Below, one piece after another: positions 1 through 12,830 of a DNA stretch of 36,978 bases. Position 1 is the stretch's first letter, and each line of letters begins with the position of its first letter. The stretch comes from Priapulus caudatus (lineage: Eukaryota): contig NW_014577064.1 in assembly GCF_000485595.1 (NCBI RefSeq), forward strand, positions 475,050 to 512,027, written 5' to 3'. Under the pieces are notes generated by a model. It was not told the DNA's origin. It saw only the letters and a list, made by a program, of their open reading frames with translations, and did no database searches. The translations under genes were made by a program, and so were the position numbers.

Positions 1-590
1 ACATGCTATAATGATTGAATTATTTTGAACCATAAATTAAACCAAAAAACGCTACTCGTAAACTTAAACAGGCTGCTATAGTAATGTAGCTTCACTGCAC
101 ATATAAATAATTCATACGTATTACGATACCCATCAATAAAACAAAAGTAAACGAGCGCTATAATAATTTGATCAGCGATTAAAGTCACAGGTAAACTTGC
201 TAGAGAACCAGCAAAACTCTTCGTTCCACCCTGCTGTCTAGACTGGTAGACCAAGGCTAAATGCTGCACAAGTAGTATGGTGTAGTAAAGCAGGTGCATG
301 ACCTTGCTTGACCGTCAATCAAAAGATTGGGGTACAGTACGCTAGTCATCACCTCCACGAGGCCGAATCCTGAGCCTTTCCACAATATCATCCTCTAACC
401 CTATTACCCTAATCTAACTATATATAACCTTTGCTGCTCTGTAATGTATCCTATAGTACGTGCTAGAGCCATACAACCCTAACTCAAATAAATTGCCACG
501 TATTGCTGCTATTGCACGATTCTATCATTGGGTGCAGGATGAAATTTACCCCATATTATACGTGACTATCTCAATAGTTTACATTACATA

Positions 591-984
591 AGCTGCGTTC
601 ACACGTATACACGGCTTAGCTGGTACCGTACTTAGTTGGTGCTAAGTCCGGTTAAAATGCGTTCACACGAGATACACGAGATTCGAGGCTTAGCTAGCGC
701 GGTATAATATAGACTGGTACCCGGTCGACAGTTCCACACGCTACCCTAACGTCGTGCAGCGAACGGGTAGCAGTCTAGGTTCACACGACAATCAATACGC
801 GGCCAGCGTGGTGCCGAATATACGCGGCTTAGTTGGCGCGGAATATGATTCCGCGCTTAGCAAGCCGTAGCATTCGCGGCTATAATCAAGAGCATCGCGG
901 CTATAATCAGAGCATCGCGGCTATAAGCAAGCCGCGTATATTTTAGCGTGTGAACGCAACTTTTCTCCTCGTGTGAACGCAGCT
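591..984. mobile_element. PIF/Harbinger-like MITE
   Basis: Perfect 15-bp TIR AGCTGCGTTCACACG (591-605) / CGTGTGAACGCAGCT (970-984), flanked by ATA on both sides (588-590, 985-987). Internal TIR-like copies at ~658 and ~947 and tandem GCGGCTATAATC repeats. A 3-bp TSD fits the PIF/Harbinger superfamily. Confidence 0.8.
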
Positions 985-988
985 ATAT

Positions 989-1048
989 AGTAGTACATAC
1001 ATGTAATGTAGTACAATGTAGTACAATGTAGTACATACATTACATACA
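989..1048. repeat. short tandem repeat (ATGTAGTACA)n
   Basis: Three to four consecutive ATGTAGTACA-type units read directly. Confidence 0.7.
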
Positions 1049-1960
1049 GTTGCAGCGCCCACCCTTACACCCGATAATAGATTGCATGTGCTTATTTTTG
1101 CACGAGCAGTTGGGCCATTTCAATAATAAAATGATGGTAAATAAACACAAATTGCATTTACTACCAATATCTTCATGTTTATGCACTATTTATTGCATAA
1201 TACTTTCCCGTACATGTCCTTCAAATAATGCGATCTATCTTTCTGTGAGTTTGTGCATAGTCGTGTACATGCAGTGAACTTGTGTGTAACTGGTAAATGA
1301 GTATTTAAATAGCGTTGACGTGGAATTACTAGGCAATAGAAAGTTCATATTTCATAGTAAATACAATTTCTATGTATTTACCATCATTTTAGTGTTAGAA
1401 TAAACCATTGAGTATAAGTGTGTGTGTGCATGTGTGCGTGCCAGAGCGCACGTGCATGTGTGTGTATGGGGGAACCTAGCTACGAGAACGATATCATATA
1501 TATCTATCATATATATAATATCTATGGCACACCTGGTTCTGTAATGCACCTAATGCTAGTGGGCTAAAGCTCCTACTGGGTTCAACTTAGAGGCACGAAA
1601 TAACCCCACAACCTCATAAAGATTAGTCTTCAAATGATGACATGATTGAATTGATGAGACGATGAATTGATGGCTACAACTATGACGGCGTGAGCAAGCT
1701 GATGACGATAATTGATGATGATGCATAAAATATAAATGTATGAGAACGAGACACCCAACCCAAACCTGAAATTTACATGAATGCAACCCTTTCTTCTTTG
1801 CACTCTAGTCTCTAGTCGTAGGTACATTTCCTCTACTGCATGGAGTCGAGTTGTACTGTATCCCGAGACGGCTGTGAGAACAATGCCCTGCTGTATTGGA
1901 TTTGCAACATATATACGCATAACAATATTATTTTATTATAGTTATACAATAGGAAGTGGC

Positions 1961-2251
1961 TATTCTTACGACGAGTCGTAAGAATTATTTTTGGACTATT
2001 CTTACGACATGCAACGCGCATGCGCATGCGTTGCGTATTTCGTTAAACACCACAGATTGTTTTTGTAAGATATATTACCTATATAAGAAATTGAGTCAGT
2101 CAATGGTTTGTGTTAGGGTTAGCGTTCGTGTCAGTGTTAGGGTTAGGGTTAGCGTTAAGGTTAGGTAGTAGGTGTAGTCGACTACCTAAAGTAGAATTAT
2201 ATTAGCTATTAATAGTATTATGCGCCTGCGCGTTGCATGTCGTAATATTAT
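1961..2251. mobile_element. non-autonomous inverted-repeat element with (GGTTAG)n core
   Basis: Terminal hairpin TTCTTACGAC-GA-GTCGTAAGAA (~1963-1984), 26-bp inverted repeat 2002-2027 / 2220-2245 with one mismatch, degenerate TTAGGG repeats 2111-2165. Confidence 0.65.
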
Positions 2252-3677
2252 TCAAATTTATACTAAATTACTGTACTTCTGAGCTCTACTGTTTTCTACT
2301 GCAAACCGTGGAGTTCATCTGTTTATTTTATCAACTTTGTATCTCTCATTCTTCGATATATAGTCTACTGGACTTTGAAGACTAATCTTTTATATATCTT
2401 TATGAGGTTATAACTTATTATATTACAATATTATTTATTTGACCGTACCTCGGCTGGAGTCTCGACTTAACAGTGGTTGAACTTGAAGTGAACACTAGCC
2501 CATGACTTGTTTAAAGAATTTCTGATTGCTCCACATTTCTAATGCTCCAGAAACATTATTACTGCAAATTATTGCTGTGGGGCACCTACGGGGACGTTGG
2601 AATCCGTCTAAACTCGCGTCGAAGAGTGGGAAGACGGAAGAATATCTGGTCCTAAACCGGAAATACCAGCGCAAGTAAATGTATCGCACTGTACCGAAGG
2701 AAGCGCAATGATGTTGTTACTAACGATGGCAGTGTAAAATTGTCATCGTTTGTTACATGTTAGATAGGGTTTGAACCACAACATAATATTTATATCAAAT
2801 ACGGTTCTCATACGCAGGAAAAGATTGATTTCTATTGCAACACACCCCATGGAATTTTGGTACTCGATATTTTCTAATAAACCTTATATTATTTTCACTG
2901 TCGAAGGTTGGCATTTCCTCGGGGCGTGACTGACATTTCGGCTATCGATATTGTACGAAGTATTGTAACTGTAAAAAAAGACGGCGAACTAGTCTACGAT
3001 TATGCCCCTTGTTCAACCACCACGTCAAAGTGTGTAGTTATGTTCTACACTCACTGATCTTTCAGCAAATGTAGGTTTTCAAAGAAAATCCCAAGCACGT
3101 CTCGGTAAAATATGTAAGTGGTACATGTACGTTGCTGCAATAGTATGGCCTTTGATAAAAACTGCAGACCACAGCGACAGGATGCGAGTCACGGCTCACG
3201 CTATCCTGCCTTGAAAAGCATTCTACATATTTGCAAAGCATCCGGCGTGACATGTCTATTGTAGACGTGCAGCAACCTTGACGATACACGTTTCGTTCCC
3301 AGTATGCGTGTTCAGTATGCCTATAAATTGCGTGCCCTGTGGAGGAACCATAAAAAAACAGTAAAAATAAAGGCAAATATAACAAACAATACAAACTCAG
3401 CTCAAAATTGCGTGCATCACTGCCACTGCACCAGTCTCTCTCTGTAAGCCTTCAGTCTCCTGGACGGCATAGGTCATTTATTAACCACCTCAATGTCGCT
3501 CGGTTGGTCGCCTTCCGCTCCATTTCCCTCCAGATATAGCCCTTCTTCTCGAGTTAGTACAACCTGCTGCACCAGTACTGAACGTTTATTCCCAGTAACC
3601 GTTTGTTGTGTGACCGTATGTATGACAAGCGCAGACGACATACATTAAAGTAGTGATCAAGATGAAGAATGATGACC

Positions 3678-3683
3678 TTTATT
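3678..3683 (-). terminator. candidate polyadenylation signal (AATAAA) for the Na+/K+-ATPase gene
   Basis: TTTATT on the plus strand is the first canonical hexamer I found downstream of the ATPase stop. The intervening minus strand looks T/G-rich, like a 3' UTR. Confidence 0.35.
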
Positions 3684-5984
3684 GCCATTATACTGTCAGT
3701 ACAGTAAAAATCAAATTAAACTAGAAATGTAAACAAGCTGGATAGTGCTGAATACAACACTATCTTGCGGCATTCGTAACAACATCTCGCTTCTACAATT
3801 ACTGTAAAGTTGGAACATAGAACGCCTCCGATACAGTTCACTGTAGTTAACGTGCACAGACGCCGACGACGGAATGTGAGTAATTCCAGAAATTAATAAA
3901 AACATATTTTTTCTATAGTTGAGTAATTAACAGCGTTGATAAGCAACTGTCTGTGGCAAAGATTCTGACAAAAAATATTAATGAGATTCACAGTTTGGAA
4001 CGGCTTCTATGTAAACCGCGTTGAGTATTTCGTATTCCATTTCGTTACATGCAACAAAATGTTACACATGTACAATCAGTGTTCCAAATGATTATAAAAA
4101 CAAACATATTCTGATAAAATTTAAATCTCATCTAAGGAGACTAACATCTATAATTTAAATGAAACCATAAATGTGTCAGTTAACTATCATCATCATTAAA
4201 TATCACCAACATGAGCTTCGTGATCGGCCCAGTCATTAACAATACCAGCGACGTGCTATCATAAATCCATTTCTTGACACTATAAAAGCAATACAGAGAC
4301 TTGCACCTTCAGATTGTTCGTGTGCTGAAACACTATAAAAATCAACAAACCGGACACGTTTGTGAAAATGTGAGTAAATATCATCGTAACGGTGAGCATG
4401 CAGCGTGAATTGAGATTCAAGAAGTCTGGCCCGCCTGCCAGCCCGCCCGCCATGCAGATAGTCTTGCGCGTGCGCACGCGTGAGTGAGTGACAGACCTGC
4501 GTGGCGGGCGGGCGCTGGCTGGCGGTGCCTAGCAGAACGTCGATGATAAGCAACGACGTCCCTAATAACAAACACAGAACAGAAACTCAGCGAGCTTGAG
4601 AAGCCACGCCCGCGTCTACGTACGCCGCAGCACGCCGGGTTCGAGTCATGCAGGCAGTGTGTGATATAAATGTAGATCTTTACGAGATGAGGCCACGCAG
4701 CGGGCAGGGCAGCTGAACACGACTATGCTCCGAAACGGGGAAGCGACGTGACACGGCACAAGTGTTCGTATACTGTATACGTTCTAAATTAAGATCAAGC
4801 GGCACGGCAAAAAACACACCAGCAAACGCTTTTAAGTGGAAAGATGAGCCGTGACATACACTCAACTCTCTGAATGATGCATTCAACGCCCCGAAACAGA
4901 AACAGTAGTACTAGTGCCCCATGGAATCACACGAACCAGTTACGAGCGGACAAACTTTTCAACAGAAAAACTCCACCGCAACAAATAACATGGTTAGGAG
5001 CATTACATGACGCAGGAGCATATAATGATAAAGTATTTGTCATTATACGCTCCTGATGACGATAAGTATTACAATCAACTTGAAAAAAACACGGATATTT
5101 CAAACAATGAGTTTAAAGATATAATGATAAAACTACACAAGGTATTGCAACTTTTAAACTGAGACAAGTCTACATACACGATTAACTACAAGACACAAGC
5201 AATTCCAGCCTTATCAACCCTCCGTGTCAAATTTGGCATAACAATAAAAGATCCTGGGCTGTCCCTCAAACAATCCACATGCAGATATGTACAGGAACTT
5301 TGACTTGGAGCTTTGATAACTACTGGCAGGGTCGGTGTACATGGAACAGCAAGTGCAGGTTACACGATTGTACGGTGCACTGCAAACACGGTGGTCCCTC
5401 AGAGGCTGTACAAACCTACTGCGAACGTGCTAGGCTACACATATCCCAGGCTTAATTTTCCTAAACGGATCAATGATTTATACATTTCATACCCTAGCCT
5501 GGCCTACAAATCAATCATTTTGACAATTCCATCAATTTAACAATTTATAACTCCGATGCCCAACTACTGTATACCCTGCTTTGCACACCGACTTTGACAG
5601 ATAACATGATTTACCGAACTTCATCTATGCTAGTGTTAAGTCACCTATGATGACCTGGTGCATTTTACGTTTTTTGTACTACACCACATAAATTCAATTA
5701 CTGTGCATAAAATTAGGAAATCTGCCACCCTGGGTGGAGAACAGTATAATATTACAGCAATTCTTTACTGCAGATCTCTTATTATTGATATAGAAATAAT
5801 CGGTTACTGCTCCGACTAAAATACCTTGACAAAGCAAGTGCGGGTACTGCGCATTTCTCAGCACACAGGAATGCTAGAACCGTATACTCATAACCATACA
5901 ATATGCAGATCAGCATTGGATTACCACACAATGCACGGCTCAGCATGGCAATACCACATAACGCGGATGAGCATCACGTTCGAT

Positions 5985-6155
5985 TACATGCACGCACACG
6001 CACGCGTGCACATACACAGATGCACTCACAGTCACACTTGCACAACGGGTGACATGCATGCACGCACATGCGCACATAGGCAAGCACATACACACACGCA
6101 CACGCACACGCACACGCACACACACACACACACACATCAACACACACACATGCAC
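5985..6155. repeat. (CA)n/(CACG)n compound microsatellite
   Basis: Direct reading of CA and CACG runs. Confidence 0.9.
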
Positions 6156-7537
6156 ATATCACGTGTAGCCCCCAACATCTCAAATAGGTCTCAGTACTCG
6201 TGCTGCTGAGCGGTATGGTGGCGTCAGCGCTCCTTCGGCTGGCTACCCTTAAGCTTCTTCATAACAAGTGGTAATCAAAACACAGCTTTTGTTACGCTAA
6301 ACCACACATCGAAGATTCACCTGAATATTGCTAGCCAACTGGGAACATTGGAAAGCTGTGCTTGGTTACTTTAGTGAGTGACAACAATATAAGATAACTA
6401 CAAGGCAACATGCAACTTGCATGTTGGATGCCACGGCTCTAATATGGCATGAATTAAAGCGAGGTATACACTATTTTTACAGCTGCACAGGGTTCAGGGG
6501 AAGGAAGCCAGTAAAAAACTGCACATCAACAATTATTCTAATGTATGCTATGCTATCCGCCTTACTTGTATATATATATATGCTTACTTGGCTTGTTTGC
6601 AAATGAGAATAACCACTACAAATAAAATGCGATACATTTCGTTTATGGGAGCAGAGCAAGAATCAGAAGAACCATGTAAGCATGCGCACGTTCCCTGTAA
6701 CTCGATTTAACAAGAACACGTCAAAAATAAAATCTAAAATACCCCTAAAAAGCTAAACCCATTACCCAAACAGCATATATAACTGCATTTTCATACAAAC
6801 ACGATTGCTTACCAATAGCAGAGCCACTCCTGTGCAACGTGTGCGCGCACACGTAACTTTTAAACTGCTACTGATGACCTCTCAGCCTTGCCAACAAAGT
6901 TGCGCACACATCACAACCAGACGGTTCTACAGCGGAAGCATAATATATATGTATATAATATGTCCCCACCAAGAGGAGCAGCTCGCTCATTCGTTCACCT
7001 TTTCATCAACAGTTGAATAAACATAAATCAATCAAACAATAAAATTACATGTTATAACTGTACCCATGATTACTGTCTTGTGAAAGTGCCTCTCCAACTA
7101 ACTGTAAGACGTTAACAACACTAACTAAGAATTAACCAGTAAACTTGTATCTACAAACAACTGTTCTTAACAGAATTATGTACTGCTAGATTTAAATTAT
7201 ATTATATTCCAGGGGGGAGACCATGTCCCACTAAGTACTACATGTGTGGCTACTGGCTGTCTCAGATTCAACAAATAATCAATACCAGCTTGCAAGGGCT
7301 CAGTGATATGAAGCCAACCTCCCCCCACCCCGAGTACATGGTCAGATCTGTGTTGTTACGATTTTACGATGGAAATGGGTATATATACCGCTGCCTAAAA
7401 AGTCCCCTAATACCCTAACAGTGCTATGGCCGAACAAAGTTAAACGGTCAATTAAAACCTTTGTGCAAAACCAATGCAATTCTAAACGTACCACAACGCC
7501 GACGGCTGCTGCCATATGACCACACGGCGCGATCCTT

Positions 7538-10500
7538 CTAGTAGTAAGTTTCCCTCTCCACCCACCCTCCTGGATTGCGACGCAGGAGGAAACGCCGACT
7601 CTCATCGTAGATGAAAATGACAATGCTGAAGGGGAATGCGGGTAGCCACCAGTAGAACTCGAGAGGGTACATGCGCAGGCCCTTGTCGAGGCCAGGGCAG
7701 TAGCAGAGGAAAGCGGCAAGGCACGTCTCGAAGAAGAGGCCAAAGTTGAGCGTCCAGTTCTTCATGCCCTGCTGCAGGATGCTGTTGCGACGGGTCTTGC
7801 AGATGATCAAGTCCGCCCACTGCACGATGACGATCGAGATGAAGAAGGCTGTGTGGCAAGTGTACTCCAGAATCTTGCGGTTGGAGTAGGTCCACTGCTG
7901 GCCGTAGGAGTCCTCGAGGTTGTTCAGTGCCCTAGAGTCCCACTCCGCACGCAGGCCGACGAGACGATCGACACGGAATCCGTTTGCGCCCATGATGACA
8001 AAGTAGACGAAGAACCCAGCAGACGCCTGCATCATGCCGATCTGTCCGTACGCAATCGAGATCAGACGCTCGTTGACCAGCTTGTCGTGTACCGGGTCGC
8101 GTGGCTGCCGCTTCATGATGTCGCTCTCCGCCTCCTCGTACGCCAGCGAGATCGCCGGCACGAGGTCGGTGCCGAGGTCGATGCACAGGATCGTGATCGT
8201 GCCGAGCGGCAGCGGGATGTCGGCGAGAATGAAGAACAGGAACGGCGAGATCTCTGGGATGTTGCTCGTCAGCGTGTACGCGATCGACTTCTTCAGGTTG
8301 TCGAAGATGAGGCGGCCCTCCTCGACGCCGGTCACGATCGACGCAAAGTTGTCGTCGAGCAGGATCATGTCAGCAGCCTGCTTGCTGACGTCGCTGCCGG
8401 CGATGCCCATCGCGACGCCGATGTCGGCCTTCTTCAGCGCGGGCGAGTCGTTTACGCCGTCGCCCGTCACGGCGACGATGGCGCCCTGCCGCTGGCAGCC
8501 CTCGACGATGATGAGCTTCTGCTGCGGCGAGGTGCGCGCGAACACGATCTCCGTGTGGTGCTTGAGGATGTCGTCGATCTGCGCCGGTGTCATGTCCTTG
8601 AGATCGACGCCGTGCACGACGCACGCCTTCGCGTCCCGCGGGTTCACGTCGTCCGGCGAGATGCCGAGACGCGCCGCGATGTCCTCGACCGTCTCATTGC
8701 CCTCCGAGATGATGCCGACACTCTTCGCAATGGCCTGTGCAGTGATCGGGTGGTCGCCTGTGACCATGATCACCTTGATGCCCGCGCTGCGGCACTTGGC
8801 GACGGCGTCGGGGACGGCGGCGCGCGGCGGGTCGATCATCGCCATCAGCCCAATGAAGCGCAGGTTGTCGAGGGGGAAGTTCGCATCGTCGGCATCGAAC
8901 GGGTAACCCTTCGGAAACTCGCCGGCGGGCAACGCAAGGTCGCAGAAGCCTAGCACGCGCTCGCCGAGGCCGCCCAGCTCCAGGTAGGCGTTGTTGAATG
9001 CGTTCTTCCAGTCGTCGCTGATCGGCTGCTCCTGCCCGTCGACGTAGATCGTCGCGCAGCGGTCGAAGATGCGCTCAGGCGCGCCCTTCATCACGAGGAT
9101 GTGGTCGTGCTGCGGGTCGTCGGCTGTCTCGTGGATCGACACCTGGTACTTGTTCGTCGAGTTGAACGGAATCTCGCAGGCCTTCGTCATCGTCTTGCGC
9201 ATCGCGGCGACATTGCCGATGGACAGCTCGACGCACTTCATGAGAGCCGACTCAGACGCGTCGCCCGTGCACTCGCGCTTTAGAATCGGCAGGTCGTTCT
9301 GGTCCGGTTTGAACTCGGCGCGGTTGCACAGGCCGGCGCAGCGTGACAGAACCTTCCATCCCTGCGCCTCCTTGTCGAACGTCTGGCCAGTCTGGTCCTC
9401 CGACGTGTCCGCCTCCCAGATCTGGTTGTCAAACCACATGTGAGCGACGGTCATGCGGTTCTGCGTCAGCGTGCCGGTCTTGTCCGAGCAGATGGTCGAC
9501 GTGGAGCCCAGCGTCTCGACAGCCTCCAGGTTCTTGACGAGGCAGTTCTTGGACGCCATGCGCTTGGCCGTCAGCGTCAGACAGACGGTGACGGTGGCCA
9601 GCAGACCCTCGGGTACGTTCGCGACGATGATGCCGATCAGGAAGATGACGGCGTCGAGCCAGAAGTAGCCGAGGATGAAGGCGATGACGAAGAAGCTAAC
9701 GCCGAGAAAGACTGCAACGCCGGTGATGATGTGGATGAAATGCGCAATCTCTTTGGCGATGGGTGTCTCGCCCGTGTCGAGCCCAGAAGCCAAGTTGGCA
9801 ATGCGACCCATGACGGTGCGGTCGCCGGTGTTGATGACGATTCCGGTGCAGACTCCCTCAACAGCATTGGTAGAGAAGAACGCAATGTTGCGCGTTTCTA
9901 ATGGGTTCGGGTTGCTGCAGTCAGGTCCTCTGGACTGTGCCTCAGATTCTCCAGTCAGTGAAGAGTTGTCGACCTTGAAACCATGCGCAGATATGACACG
10001 AATGTCAGCTGGCACCCTGTCACCAAACTTGACCTCCACGATGTCACCAACAACCAGTTCCTCAGCTCGCATTGTCCTCTTCTCACCATCTCTTATTACC
10101 AGAGCATACTGAGGAACCATGTCCTTGAAAGATTCCATGATCTTCGAACTCTTCGCTTCTTGGTAGTAGGAGAAACATCCAGTAACAACTACAACAGCTG
10201 TCAGCACAATACCTAGGTATAAATTGTCGGCTTGCGGATCTTCCTCCGTGCCAACCTGTATAGAATAGGCAACGTAACATAGAATGGCACCTATCCACAG
10301 CAACGTCGAGAACCCTCCAAATAGCTGCGAGCAGAATTTTACCCATTCTGGTGTTCTCTTAGGTGGAGTCAGTGAATTTGGACCATCTCTCTCCGTGATC
10401 TCCTGCGCTCGCTGCGTTGTATGCCCTCTGTGTAGATCTGCGCCTAACCTGTCAAACAGCTCTTCCATCGGGATCTGGTGCTCATCCATATCCAACTCCT

Positions 10501-10681
10501 TCTTGAGCTCATCGAGATTTTCTTTCTCCTGCTTTTTTGATTTCTTAGCTGGCTTCTTTCTACGGGACTGTGGTTTCCCTCCTGGTACTTTACCGTCGGC
10601 TCCATGAGGAGTGATGGCGACGCGGTAGCTATCCTCACGACCATAATCTTCGTCCGCATTCTTCATCTTTTTCGACGCCAT
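7538..10681 (-). CDS. ATP1A: Na+/K+-transporting ATPase subunit alpha (P-type IIC), single coding exon, 1047 aa
   Basis: Uninterrupted ORF with [18 protein letters not shown], the phosphorylation motif [43 protein letters not shown] and C-terminal ERETYY. Invertebrate-type N-terminal DSYRVA. Good start context CAAAATGG. Confidence 0.98.
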   Translation of the reverse strand: MASKKMKNADEDYGREDSYRVAITPHGADGKVPGGKPQSRRKKPAKKSKKQEKENLDELKKELDMDEHQIPMEELFDRLGADLHRGHTTQRAQEITERDGPNSLTPPKRTPEWVKFCSQLFGGFSTLLWIGAILCYVAYSIQVGTEEDPQADNLYLGIVLTAVVVVTGCFSYYQEAKSSKIMESFKDMVPQYALVIRDGEKRTMRAEELVVGDIVEVKFGDRVPADIRVISAHGFKVDNSSLTGESEAQSRGPDCSNPNPLETRNIAFFSTNAVEGVCTGIVINTGDRTVMGRIANLASGLDTGETPIAKEIAHFIHIITGVAVFLGVSFFVIAFILGYFWLDAVIFLIGIIVANVPEGLLATVTVCLTLTAKRMASKNCLVKNLEAVETLGSTSTICSDKTGTLTQNRMTVAHMWFDNQIWEADTSEDQTGQTFDKEAQGWKVLSRCAGLCNRAEFKPDQNDLPILKRECTGDASESALMKCVELSIGNVAAMRKTMTKACEIPFNSTNKYQVSIHETADDPQHDHILVMKGAPERIFDRCATIYVDGQEQPISDDWKNAFNNAYLELGGLGERVLGFCDLALPAGEFPKGYPFDADDANFPLDNLRFIGLMAMIDPPRAAVPDAVAKCRSAGIKVIMVTGDHPITAQAIAKSVGIISEGNETVEDIAARLGISPDDVNPRDAKACVVHGVDLKDMTPAQIDDILKHHTEIVFARTSPQQKLIIVEGCQRQGAIVAVTGDGVNDSPALKKADIGVAMGIAGSDVSKQAADMILLDDNFASIVTGVEEGRLIFDNLKKSIAYTLTSNIPEISPFLFFILADIPLPLGTITILCIDLGTDLVPAISLAYEEAESDIMKRQPRDPVHDKLVNERLISIAYGQIGMMQASAGFFVYFVIMGANGFRVDRLVGLRAEWDSRALNNLEDSYGQQWTYSNRKILEYTCHTAFFISIVIVQWADLIICKTRRNSILQQGMKNWTLNFGLFFETCLAAFLCYCPGLDKGLRMYPLEFYWWLPAFPFSIVIFIYDESRRFLLRRNPGGWVERETYY

Positions 10682-11415
10682 TTTGAAACCGGGTGGCGAG
10701 ATGGACCGACGTGCCGAAATACAATAATTTGTAATCTATGATCTTTAGTACCGTTCTATTACGAGAACGCTATGTATAGCGCTACTTAAACCATAAGAAA
10801 TAGCGGATAACTGCACTAGAACATTTGATGTTTGTATAAAACGGCCAAAATTTTCACGACTGAAGATTTTTCGATCACGGTCACCGAACAGTCAACGCCC
10901 GTCGCACACGTACGCCCTCTATAGAAACGCACATGGTCTTGTAAATCGTTAAATAAATTATTTGATGATAGGTAAAGATCACGACGTAAAGAATGAAAAT
11001 AATTTAATAAAGTAAAAAATACTTTTAATTGTTTTTATTTTAACAATACCATGGTAAAAAGTAGTATAAAATGATGTTTAATTAAGTAGTATTCAAACCC
11101 AAAAGTCTAGGTGTCTCTATATTGTCACGGCTGGTGGCACTGCAGTAGAAAATGTCAGCGCCTATTTCACAAACGGTGAATGTATCCCCGGAGATCATAG
11201 CTGCACGCTAAAAACACAGAAGGCACTAATTCCAGCATTATAATTCTGTCTACTTGACTGCGTAGTGTCGCATCGTCCTGTCATCTGCTCATGATTGGAC
11301 ATTATTCTGTAGTTTTACCATAGTTCTTAAAGTAATATTGATTTTAGTTAGTACCGGTACTGTACGACTCGGTCAAGTCAACTGACTGTACTGGACCGTG
11401 GTAGTCATACTCAAA
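10670..11415. promoter_or_regulatory. putative bidirectional promoter region ATP1A/GPN1
   Basis: Divergent start codons at 10681 (minus) and 11416 (plus). A YY1-like CAAAATGGCG overlaps the ATPase ATG, a related AAAATGTCAGCG lies at ~11149 on plus, and an AT-rich core spans ~10945-11100. Confidence 0.6.
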
Positions 11416-11661
11416 ATGACAAGTTCTGCTGTAAGTAAAACTAAAAGTGACACTGAAGGTTCTTTGCCTGGCGAATTACATAATGTTCCTTCGAGCTCGG
11501 TATCTCTGCCGACTCCAATCTCCACAGACACACCAGGTGCAGGAGCAGCATTGCCTGTTGGCAGCAATGTCAATGAAGTGATAGCCGCGGGTACTGCAGA
11601 GACGCCTATCTGCATTCTCGTGCTAGGAATGGCAGGAAGTGGGAAATCAACACTGGTGCAG
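11416..11661 (+). CDS. GPN1: GPN-loop GTPase 1, first coding exon
   Basis: MTSSAV...PICILVLGMAGSGKSTLVQ (P-loop typical of GPN1), followed by CAG|GTGATG donor, phase 0. Confidence 0.85.
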
Positions 11662-12830
11662 GTGATGATCGATATAACTCGAACTAAGTAGAACTAATGT
11701 AGAATTAGCATGAAAAGTTTAAAAGCTGAATTCATAATCAATACTCACAATAGGCAGACAGCTGGTTTAAATTATGTGTTAGTATAAAATAGTATACGTT
11801 GGTTATATAATTGTCGAATAACATGGTGTGTGCTCTCGGATCTTTAATTTCCACCCGTGAATGCAGATACTGTGGTCGGTACTCCACGGCGTCACTCTCT
11901 TCATTCCCTTGGGTTCGTGTTACAATGTCGAATAGTTAAGTTTCAAAGTTTCAAAATTATGATGCAAACAAAATACTTGACATATGACAATATAATTTTC
12001 TTAATTATCACTTCATTCATGTGTTAGAGATATATATACAGTGCGCGAAATTAGACCTGTATATAGCAATGTCTATTGTTCAAGGTAGAGGTATTTACTT
12101 GCCCAATACTCACATTTTTGGCCAATAACCATCCCTGTTTTTTATAAATGTGTGGCTGCCCAAATGTGATCAGTTAGGAATGATGACATGGCAACTGGCT
12201 GTCTCAGGCACTGGTTTAGATCTCAAGCAGCAAATGATATTAAGAACATAGAATTTTGTTTAAAAAACCTGCACTAGGTATGAGCTGACAAATAAAATGG
12301 CAATCTCTGAGCTCCTTTGCTATGGACTAGTAATTCGTATAAGGACTATTGTGCCTTGAACGTCTTAAACTTTCCAATGAAATGTAATATATACTTATCT
12401 TATGGGTGTGAGTGCATTATTTAAATATCATATGAATTCATTACACCAGAAAGGTGCAACACAATTGAGTGTTAGAATGCACTTCATTTGTTGACGGCTA
12501 CTACCGCGGGCCTACTACCTGAAGCACAGATAGAGTCGTACAATGTTCACACATCTGTCAATGATGTTTGATCAACAAATTTTTAAAATAAGCATAATAT
12601 AGACTTGAAGATAAACCTAACATCAATCAGGACCGAATTTAGCTGTGTACAATGCAAACTTGTAGTTTTTTTTAAAGCTTACTATTTTATGAACCAAAGG
12701 AGGTGAGAGTAGGTAATGTAAGGACTATTACTTCAGTGGACTGCAGTAGGCCATCGTGGAGGGTGAGGTGTCTACTCTTCAGTGTGTGTAATTTGGAGGG
12801 ACGTTGAACGTTGTATTAGATTGATCTTGT

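Noticed and set aside
1630..1800. Coding-looking purine-rich stretch (MIELMRR.IDGYNYDGVSKLMTIIDDDA)
   Set aside because: Interrupted by stops, no clear splice sites, no family recognised.
2525..2680. Open plus-strand frame ending ...EEYLVLNRKYQRK* as a possible terminal exon
   Set aside because: No convincing acceptor or homology, and the length is compatible with chance.
7853..10112. Long plus-strand ORFs (366, 290, 153, 145 aa) antisense to the ATPase
   Set aside because: Shadow ORFs expected from very high GC3 on the coding strand. No recognisable domains.
10222..10262. Cardiotonic-steroid resistance substitutions in the ATPase H1-H2 loop
   Set aside because: The loop reads [12 protein letters not shown], keeping Q111 and N122 (standard numbering), the ordinary sensitive state.
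11151..11210. Short ORF MSAPISQTVNVSPEIIAAR as an alternative GPN1 start
   Set aside because: Ends in a stop after 19 codons with no strong donor. Better explained as a promoter motif or uORF.
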